DNA of 40,804 nucleotides from Gammaproteobacteria bacterium (GTDB lineage Bacteria; Pseudomonadota; Gammaproteobacteria; Comchoanobacterales; Comchoanobacteraceae): NCBI GenBank assembly GCA_016874185.1, contig VGUW01000001.1, positions 1 to 40,804 of the forward strand, read 5' to 3'. Shown piece by piece: positions 34,570 to 40,804 of this stretch (position 1 is its first letter; each line of letters starts with the position of its first letter). The notes under the pieces were generated by a model. It saw only the letters and a program-made list of their open reading frames with translations, ran no database searches and was not told where the DNA came from. The position numbers and the translations under genes were made by a program.

Positions 34570-35349
34570 TCACCGATCTATCCTGCTTAAAATCAATACC
34601 CGATCCCTGTCGGCCATGTCTTTGACCACCTGGACCTGCCAGCCATAATCCCTGGCTAATTGAGAAACAGCACTTGCCTGCTCAAACCCTATTTCCAAAT
34701 ACAATCGCCCCCCTGGGCGAAGATACTCAACCGCTTGACTGATTAATCTATAATAAAACGCCATCCCAGCATCAGCAGCAACCAATGCAGAAATCGGATC
34801 ATCCATTAAATTCTTTAAGTGGGGGTCTTCACATGACAAATATGGGGGGTTGGCCACAATAACATCAGCATGGTTAAATGGCCATGGCTCAAAGCAATCT
34901 GCCTGTAATGCTTTTACACGCAAGCCAAGCTGAAACTTAGCAATATTCGCAGCAGCATTCTCACATGGGGCCTCATACTTATCCAGCAACAAGACTTGAA
35001 CATCTTTGCGACGCAGCGCCAGCGACAGCCCAATACAGCCTGTACCGGAGCACCAATCAATCACCAGGGCTGCCTGCGGCAATACCACAGCCTCAACCAA
35101 AACCTCTGTATCAAACCTGGGAATTAAAACATGGTCAAACACCAAAAAACAATGCCCTGAAAAATAAGTCCACCCCAAGATTCGAGCCAGATGCACGCCC
35201 TGAACAAGCAGAGCGAAAATTCGATTGGCCTCTTCCGTCTTTTCAGCAAATGCTTCTAAATGCTCAAGAATCATCTGCGCCCAAATGTTAGGCTTTTTTA
35301 GTGCCTGAACTTGACCAAATACATGCAGATACAAATCAAGATCAATCAT
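34570..35349 (-). CDS. prmC: peptide chain release factor N5-glutamine methyltransferase
   Basis: SAM motif [11 protein letters not shown] and catalytic VANPPY. Follows prfA with an 8-nt overlap. Confidence 0.9.
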   Translation of the reverse strand: MIDLDLYLHVFGQVQALKKPNIWAQMILEHLEAFAEKTEEANRIFALLVQGVHLARILGWTYFSGHCFLVFDHVLIPRFDTEVLVEAVVLPQAALVIDWCSGTGCIGLSLALRRKDVQVLLLDKYEAPCENAAANIAKFQLGLRVKALQADCFEPWPFNHADVIVANPPYLSCEDPHLKNLMDDPISALVAADAGMAFYYRLISQAVEYLRPGGRLYLEIGFEQASAVSQLARDYGWQVQVVKDMADRDRVLILSRIDR

Positions 35350-36430
35350 CTAACTGGCTAAGCTGGTCCGCTTTATCCTCTTGTGCCAAAGGGTCCACCA
35401 ACAACTCCATTTTCCCAGAAAGGATTTCCTCAAGTTGATATAAGGTCAATGAAATGCGATGGTCGGTGATTCTAGACTGTGGAAAATTATATGTGCGAAT
35501 TCGCTCAGAGCGATCCCCAGAGCCCACCTGAAGCCTCCTTGCCTGGGAACGCTCCGCATGCTGCATCGACCGCTGTACATCTAATATTTTAATACCAAGC
35601 AACTTCATCGCCTTGGCCTTATTCTTATGCTGGGAGCGCTCATCCTGGCACTCAACCACAATCCCTGTTGGCAAATGCGTGATCCGAACTGCTGAATCTG
35701 TGGTATTAACATGCTGCCCACCCGCCCCCGAGGAACGATAAGTATCAATTCGAAGTTCTGAAGGGTTAATATCAACTGAGGTAATCTCATCAGACTCTGG
35801 CAAAATTGCCACTGTACAGGTTGATGTATGAATACGCCCCTGAGACTCAGTAGCCGGGACTCTTTGCACACGGTGCGTTCCTGATTCATATTTCAAAACA
35901 GAAAACACATCCGCCCCTTTAATATGACAAATAACCTCCTTTAAGCCACCCTGCTCAGCAGCTTGCTGACTTATTATTTCAAATCGCCACTTTTTTGCCT
36001 GGGCAAAGAGCTGATACATCCGCAGCAAATCAATCACAAATAAAGCAGCCTCCTGTCCACCAGCACCTGCCCTGATTTCAAGATACACATTTTTATCATC
36101 ATCCGGATCCTTGGGCAATAACATCATCATCAGCTCTGTGCTCATAAGCTCTGCTTCATTTTTAAGTTCATCAATCTCGGTTTGGGCCATTTCAACAATC
36201 AATGTATCAGTGTCTACAAGTAATAATTGATTTTCATCAATCTGTGTCATTAAAACCAGATAAGACTGATACGCCTGGACCAAACCACTGATGTCTTTTA
36301 ATTCCTTATTCACCTCTTGATAGCGCTTAAGACCTGACTCCGAGGACATATTAATCCCTGGAAACTCCTCAATAAGCTTCTGATGCTTTTTTAAAATCTG
36401 ATCTAACTTAGATTTAATTGATGGCTTCAT
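35342..36430 (-). CDS. prfA: peptide chain release factor 1
   Basis: [10 protein letters not shown].. aligns with E. coli RF1 MKPSIVAKLE, so ATG 36430 is the start. PAT tripeptide ([10 protein letters not shown]) and GGQ motif ([23 protein letters not shown]). Confidence 0.95.
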   Translation of the reverse strand: MKPSIKSKLDQILKKHQKLIEEFPGINMSSESGLKRYQEVNKELKDISGLVQAYQSYLVLMTQIDENQLLLVDTDTLIVEMAQTEIDELKNEAELMSTELMMMLLPKDPDDDKNVYLEIRAGAGGQEAALFVIDLLRMYQLFAQAKKWRFEIISQQAAEQGGLKEVICHIKGADVFSVLKYESGTHRVQRVPATESQGRIHTSTCTVAILPESDEITSVDINPSELRIDTYRSSGAGGQHVNTTDSAVRITHLPTGIVVECQDERSQHKNKAKAMKLLGIKILDVQRSMQHAERSQARRLQVGSGDRSERIRTYNFPQSRITDHRISLTLYQLEEILSGKMELLVDPLAQEDKADQLSQLDD

Positions 36431-37655
36431 CACAGTATTCCTTAACGCTAGACTGTTCCTGAGAGAAACATTCATCATCTAATTGCACTAATTTTCTAAG
36501 AAAGCAGGTTGGCTCATGCAACAGCTGGTTCATTAATCGCTCCATTTCCACATCCAAAACTTCTGACAAATCTTGCCCTAATCGCACAGATTGGAGAATA
36601 TGAGCAAGCGACTGCTTTTTCAAAATGACCATTTGGTTTCGAAAATCTGTAATGATTTTTGAACGAGAGGCCACCAACCATTGCTGATATACTCTGATCG
36701 CGGCTTGACGCACTAGCTGGCTAGCATGCACTAAAACCTCTTTGCGCTGTACCTGTATTTTCTCAAATATACCGCAAACTGCGTCCATATCAAATAGAAA
36801 AACATCATCAATGTTGGATATCAGCGGATCAACGTTACGAGGAACTGAAAGATCCACAATCACCTTTAATCCCGATGATTCAGCCAAATACTGATGAAGA
36901 ATGAATGGTTTAGCAGAAGCTGTCGCACATATAATCGCATCTGCCCAATGCAATGATTGCTCAAGCTCTTCCATTTGCATAATTTCAACATCAAACTGTG
37001 ACTTAACCGTCATCAATGGTCCCAACGAGCGATTTATAACCCTAACGCATCTGAACTTATCAACCAAACGTTCAAGGCACATCGTGCCCATACTACCTGC
37101 ACCAATAATCAGGAGCCTACAGCAAGAAAAGTCAGAAAAAACCTGCCTCATGGCATGTTCAATCGCCTTAATTAAAGAATAGCCCTGCTCATTTAAACCT
37201 GAGTTAAAACGAATTTTCTTTACCTGAGCAAAGCTATTTTGCATCAGTCCTTCAAGCTGCTTAACTGGCCAACCCACCTTTTTTGCAACATCTAATGCAT
37301 AACGGATCTGACCAAAAATTGGAGACTCGCCCAATACAGCCGAATCAAGTCCACATGCAACATGAATTAAATGATTAATCGCTGATTGATTTTCATGCAC
37401 ATACAATACCTGCTGCTGCACAAACTGCTGCAACCAGCTTCGAAAAAAGCCAACGTCCTGCGCCAAAAGCAGCCATTCCAGGCGGTTGCATGTTGCCAAA
37501 GGAACCAACCCCTCTATTTTCATTTGCTTGCAAAAAGCTTCCTTGTCTGGCAAATTGTTAAAGACATGCCAGAGCTCTTCACGCGCTGATATCTTAGACG
37601 TGTGAATACTTAGGCCGACGACATAAATGTTTTGACTGGTTCTAAAATCGTTCAT
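36414..37655 (-). CDS. hemA: glutamyl-tRNA reductase
   Basis: LATCNRLEW (catalytic Cys) and IIGAGSMG (NADPH site). Followed by prfA-prmC as in E. coli. ATG 37655 is preferred over ATG 37709 by N-terminal alignment. Confidence 0.9.
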   Translation of the reverse strand: MNDFRTSQNIYVVGLSIHTSKISAREELWHVFNNLPDKEAFCKQMKIEGLVPLATCNRLEWLLLAQDVGFFRSWLQQFVQQQVLYVHENQSAINHLIHVACGLDSAVLGESPIFGQIRYALDVAKKVGWPVKQLEGLMQNSFAQVKKIRFNSGLNEQGYSLIKAIEHAMRQVFSDFSCCRLLIIGAGSMGTMCLERLVDKFRCVRVINRSLGPLMTVKSQFDVEIMQMEELEQSLHWADAIICATASAKPFILHQYLAESSGLKVIVDLSVPRNVDPLISNIDDVFLFDMDAVCGIFEKIQVQRKEVLVHASQLVRQAAIRVYQQWLVASRSKIITDFRNQMVILKKQSLAHILQSVRLGQDLSEVLDVEMERLMNQLLHEPTCFLRKLVQLDDECFSQEQSSVKEYCDEAIN

Positions 37656-38298
37656 GGCCTCAATTTTATCAAAAATGAAACAAAAAAACACCCATCTTGC
37701 TCTAATCATGTGTTATTTATTATCGCCCTTTGGACTGGCCAAAAACTGCCCAGCCATCTGGAATACGCAAGGATCATTAACCATCCAGGGCAGCTCAGTG
37801 AATTTCAACTGGGAGCGCATGAATGATTGGTTCTATGCTGACATCAAAGGTCCGTTTAATATTAAAATTGCCAGCATCATCGGCAATCTGAATCATGCAA
37901 TCTGGACAACCCTATTTATAAAAAAACAAACCCCTAGCAATGAGCTATTAAGGAAGATTATTGGAACCCCATACCCAATGATTGATTTTTTTAACATTCT
38001 TTGCGGAGCAAAAAGCAATATACTTAAAACACATGAATCAAATCAGCAGGTCAGATACTCTAATTCGAATGTCACAATCATTGCTAAGGATTTTCATGCA
38101 ATTGACAAGTATAGAATCCCTTTTGAAATTGAAATTAAAGGACCTGGTTATCAAACCCAACTCTTGATTCATCATTATGAAATTGGCCAGGCCCCATCCA
38201 TTTTATCAAAAGCACCCCAAACTCAAATAAAACATACAAAGGAATTGCAACGATCACCTGTGCGATCACATCAGGCGGAGTCACAATCATCCCAATAA
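37654..38298 (+). CDS. lolB: LolB-like outer-membrane lipoprotein insertion protein (tentative)
   Basis: Divergent from hemA, as lolB is in E. coli. The pattern W.TQGSLTIQG....FNWER....FYADIKGPFN...ASIIG ... LLRKIIGTPYPMIDFFNIL.G resembles LolB. The lipobox is atypical and the start is 37654 or 37675. Confidence 0.5.
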   Translation: MASILSKMKQKNTHLALIMCYLLSPFGLAKNCPAIWNTQGSLTIQGSSVNFNWERMNDWFYADIKGPFNIKIASIIGNLNHAIWTTLFIKKQTPSNELLRKIIGTPYPMIDFFNILCGAKSNILKTHESNQQVRYSNSNVTIIAKDFHAIDKYRIPFEIEIKGPGYQTQLLIHHYEIGQAPSILSKAPQTQIKHTKELQRSPVRSHQAESQSSQ

Positions 38299-38866
38299 TC
38301 AAAGCCAATAAACATGCGTATTTACGCCCTTGCTGACATTGCTGCAAACTAATAATGCGCATCCTGGCAAGCGCCAGCATAAAAATGGGTAACTGAAAAA
38401 AAAGCCCACTTCCGGCCAATAGAAGATAAATCATATCCAGAACCCCCGCCACATCCACCCATTGCGTCACAAACACAATCGACCACGCCTTTGCAATTTG
38501 GATAAGTTCTGGTAATAAAAAAAACCAGCCCAGTCCAGCTCCCAAGTAGAACATCATGCCAGAGGCCATCAGCAATCGAAAAGCAGCCAAGCGCTCAGAA
38601 GGATAGAGTGCTGATCGAATAAACCGCCAACATTCAGCCAGCCAATATGGTAACAGCAAGAACCCACCGAGCACAAATGCGAGCTTAATTTGCACAACAA
38701 TAGGTGAAAAAACATGGGTAAATATCAAATGGGGAAACAAATCACGAACCGGTTTAAGTATAGCCCCAAGAAAAAAATCGCCTTGATAAATCAAAGCAAA
38801 AACCACAATGGCGTATACCGAAATAGATCGGATAATTGATGAGCGCAGCTCATCCAGGTAAATCAT
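38135..38866 (-). CDS. tatC: twin-arginine translocase subunit TatC
   Basis: Six TM segments collinear with E. coli TatC, including LLALIIGMIVTPPDVIAQVIVAIPLYVLFEFGV. Confidence 0.93.
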   Translation of the reverse strand: MIYLDELRSSIIRSISVYAIVVFALIYQGDFFLGAILKPVRDLFPHLIFTHVFSPIVVQIKLAFVLGGFLLLPYWLAECWRFIRSALYPSERLAAFRLLMASGMMFYLGAGLGWFFLLPELIQIAKAWSIVFVTQWVDVAGVLDMIYLLLAGSGLFFQLPIFMLALARMRIISLQQCQQGRKYACLLALIIGMIVTPPDVIAQVIVAIPLYVLFEFGVLLIKWMGPGQFHNDESRVGFDNQVL

Positions 38867-39015
38867 GATGGCTCATCATCCAGTGCTTTCTTAAATCCCT
38901 TGATGGCTTTTCCCAAATCACTTCCCAAGTCCTTCAGCTTATCTGTGCCAAATAACAATACTGCAATCAAAAAGATCAGAATCAATGACCCCATGCTCAC
39001 ACCGCTTAAACCCAT
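38863..39015 (-). CDS. tatA: twin-arginine translocase subunit TatA (TatA/E/B family, 50 aa)
   Basis: MGLSGVSMGSLILIFLIAVLLFGTDKLKDLGSDLGKAIKGFKKA matches TatA. GGAGG-type RBS (ggaaggagtaagaagATG). The ORF-track extension to 39153 is rejected. Confidence 0.87.
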   Translation of the reverse strand: MGLSGVSMGSLILIFLIAVLLFGTDKLKDLGSDLGKAIKGFKKALDDEPS

Positions 39016-39041
39016 CTTCTTACTCCTTCCATTAAAAAACC

Positions 39042-39269
39042 CTAGTTCACAGGCTGAAATAGATATTTCAAACTTGCGCTTGGACTTAGCCAACCCATCG
39101 CATAAGAGCCCAAAATCACCATCAAACAAACAATTGAAATACCTATGCGCCAAGTTAGATCCCTCACCATCTTATCTGGTTGATCCGAAGATTTAAACAA
39201 CAGTCCAAATGCTGCACGAATCAAAAAAAATACCGCTAAAATAAGTAAGGTAATCAATAAAATTCGCAT
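39042..39269 (-). CDS. twin-TM small protein (DUF2909-like, usually linked to cytochrome oxidase clusters)
   Basis: MRILLITLLILAVFFLIRAAFGLL...LTWRIGISIVCLMVILGSYAMGWL forms two TM helices. GGAG lies 6 nt upstream of ATG 39269. Confidence 0.65.
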   Translation of the reverse strand: MRILLITLLILAVFFLIRAAFGLLFKSSDQPDKMVRDLTWRIGISIVCLMVILGSYAMGWLSPSASLKYLFQPVN

Positions 39270-39413
39270 TATCATCTCCATGCCTTTCACAGCATATCAG
39301 AAAAATTATCGGTTTTCAGCCACTGCGTCGATTTTTGGTTAAATACCCTCACAGCCCAAGCGGAAATGCCGATTTCATTTGACAAAATATGAAAAAATTT
39401 TTAGGATTTGCAT

Positions 39414-40037
39414 ATGAATTTTCGTCTAATAAACCACATTTTCTGCTTAACTTTTATTACCATCGCTCTAATGTTAAGTGGTGCTTTAATGATACACTTG
39501 GGGTTTTGGCAATTGAACAAAATTCAAGAAGAACAAACCATCTTTAATAAACTCAGTGGATTAAGTGCACCAGAAACTTCCATCAGCGATTTCGCCTTCA
39601 TTCGAACCAGCGGAAAACTAGTTGAAAATACTCACGGATCCTTCTATCAAATCAAACAACCACATCAAATTGGATACGCCCACTTTGCTCTATTCAAAAC
39701 TGCAAATTTTAATGATCTTCTGGTTTTATATGACTGGAGCCCAACCCCAACATCACAAAAACCAATTCCAATCACAGTTGAAGGTAAGGCCCTGCCTTTC
39801 CAACTCCTTTATAAACAAAAAATCATCGTACCAGAGACACAAACTTGGGAAAATCTGCTGCAAAATCGTATGCCTACACATTTTATTGTCAGTACACATT
39901 ACCCAAATCTCTCGCATTTCCAGCTGTTTTATCAACCCAAGCTTGCAACACATTACAACTATGCTTTTCAATTCTTCTTAATCGGAATTACACTCAACAT
40001 TCTTGCAGGCTACGTTTTTTATCGGAAAACCCAATGA
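39414..40037 (+). CDS. SURF1-family cytochrome oxidase assembly protein
   Basis: N-terminal TM helix, then the LGFWQLNK motif, and a C-terminal TM helix. AGGA RBS upstream of ATG 39414. Shorter than typical SURF1. Confidence 0.8.
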   Translation: MNFRLINHIFCLTFITIALMLSGALMIHLGFWQLNKIQEEQTIFNKLSGLSAPETSISDFAFIRTSGKLVENTHGSFYQIKQPHQIGYAHFALFKTANFNDLLVLYDWSPTPTSQKPIPITVEGKALPFQLLYKQKIIVPETQTWENLLQNRMPTHFIVSTHYPNLSHFQLFYQPKLATHYNYAFQFFLIGITLNILAGYVFYRKTQ

Positions 40038-40564
40038 TCAATCGCAAATTTAACACCCCTTTTTACATTGTTTTATCTTTTATATCTCCGATCGTTCTCG
40101 CTTGGATCATGAGCCAAACCAAGTTTGCCACCGATCCATCTGCAACCACCAATCATGGCATGTTAATTAATCAAGAATCAAACTGGTTACTGAGCGAACT
40201 TAAAACCCCCAAAACCAAAATGTGGAAAATTATTGCCCTGACATCAGAACCCTCTCAATGCCAAAGAATGCTTGAGCATGCTGATGCATCTATCATTCTA
40301 CTTAACGAACAAGCTAAAAGAGTCCATTTATTCACATCGGATATTTGTCAAAATATCAAAACTCAAAGCCCTTCTTCCACAATGAATACAGCAGCCATTA
40401 CCAACAACCTCACTACATTCTTTCCAAAATTGACCGAAAGTTCCTACTATGAACTAATCGTTGATCCACAAGATCATGTCACATTGATCTATACCGACAA
40501 ACACGGGCAAAAAGATCTTATGAAGGACCTGCAGGTGCTGCTAAAATATTCGAAGGTGGGCTAA
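40034..40564 (+). CDS. hypothetical single-TM protein between SURF1 and COX15
   Basis: ATGA overlap with the SURF1 stop. N-terminal TM helix FYIVLSFISPIVLAWIM. It occupies the position of the conserved unnamed ORF in gammaproteobacterial cox assembly clusters. Confidence 0.6.
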   Translation: MINRKFNTPFYIVLSFISPIVLAWIMSQTKFATDPSATTNHGMLINQESNWLLSELKTPKTKMWKIIALTSEPSQCQRMLEHADASIILLNEQAKRVHLFTSDICQNIKTQSPSSTMNTAAITNNLTTFFPKLTESSYYELIVDPQDHVTLIYTDKHGQKDLMKDLQVLLKYSKVG

Positions 40565-40797
40565 TGACTCGCAAACAATTTTTCTATTTACTCATCACCT
40601 TCTATGCACTATTTGTCGTCATGCTTGGGGCATATACTCGACTGAGTGATAGCGGACTTGGCTGTCCGGACTGGCCTGGGTGCTATGGGCAAATTACAGT
40701 CGCCAGCACCAGCACTGCTATCCAAAAAGCCAACTCTTTATATCCTAATGCCCCGATAGAGCAGCGAAAAGCATGGCCAGAAATGATTCATCGGTAG
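40564..40797 (+). CDS. ctaA: heme A synthase (COX15/CtaA) N-terminal part, ended by an in-frame TAG 7 nt before the window edge
   Basis: GAYTRLSDSGLGCPDWPGCYG and KAWPEMIHR are characteristic COX15 N-terminal motifs. The frame stops at TAG 40795-40797, and the remaining visible bases then read Phe-Ala. Confidence 0.75.
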   Translation: MTRKQFFYLLITFYALFVVMLGAYTRLSDSGLGCPDWPGCYGQITVASTSTAIQKANSLYPNAPIEQRKAWPEMIHR

Positions 40798-40804
40798 TTT
40801 GCAG

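Noticed and set aside
36431..37709. Longer ORF-track starts for prfA (36478) and hemA (37709)
   Set aside because: Alignment with E. coli RF1 (MKPSI..) and HemA N-termini supports the internal ATGs at 36430 and 37655. The extensions add non-homologous residues, hydrophobic in the hemA case.
38863..40033. ORF-track extension of tatA to 39153, frame-shadow ORFs 38900-39196, 39622-39981 and 39753-39971, and the 5' part of ORF 39845-40564
   Set aside because: TatA homology begins at the Met at 39015, which has a strong RBS. The other ORFs overlap better-supported genes (DUF2909-like, SURF1) in other frames. The real cluster ORF starts at ATG 40034, overlapping the SURF1 stop.
1..40804. Scan for tRNA, rRNA, tmRNA, CRISPR repeats, IS elements or inverted terminal repeats, integrases, and phage or toxin-antitoxin genes
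   Set aside because: Coding density leaves little room for them. I saw no T-loop or acceptor-like motifs in intergenic DNA, no regularly spaced direct repeats, and no transposase- or integrase-like ORFs.

Overview
AT-rich, tightly packed gammaproteobacterial chromosome segment with about 55 CDS on both strands. Many gene ends overlap by 1-11 nt, and TGA, TAA and TAG all act as stops. Most of it is housekeeping: gmk (5' end), rph, acnA, ssb, ruvCAB, yebC, aspS, a fis-like gene, htpG, rpoS, murA, mlaFEDC, kdsC, an lptC/A-like gene, mlaA, trmL, ETF-QO with etfBA, lemA with an M48 protease, DAHP synthase, map, prmC-prfA-hemA, a lolB-like gene, tatA-tatC, and SURF1/COX15 assembly genes. I found no rRNA, tRNA, CRISPR array, transposase or integrase. 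A clear IcmW homologue (Dot/Icm type IVB secretion adaptor) points to a Legionellales-type intracellular bacterium. The best leads: (1) a stand-alone icmW operon, translationally coupled to a 100-aa secreted protein and followed by an 874-aa secreted Ser/Thr-rich protein sitting where icmX normally sits; (2) an orphan 533-aa helical plus 4-TM protein between ssb and acnA, whose C-terminal tail is read out of frame over a shortened acnA 5' end; (3) two small disordered proteins behind a near-consensus promoter between gmk and rph; (4) a small hydrophobic ORF broken by one in-frame TGA upstream of a secreted HxH...ExH protein; (5) an in-frame TAG in the COX15/ctaA N-terminus at the window edge. 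All homology calls come from motifs I recognise by eye and from synteny. No database search was run.
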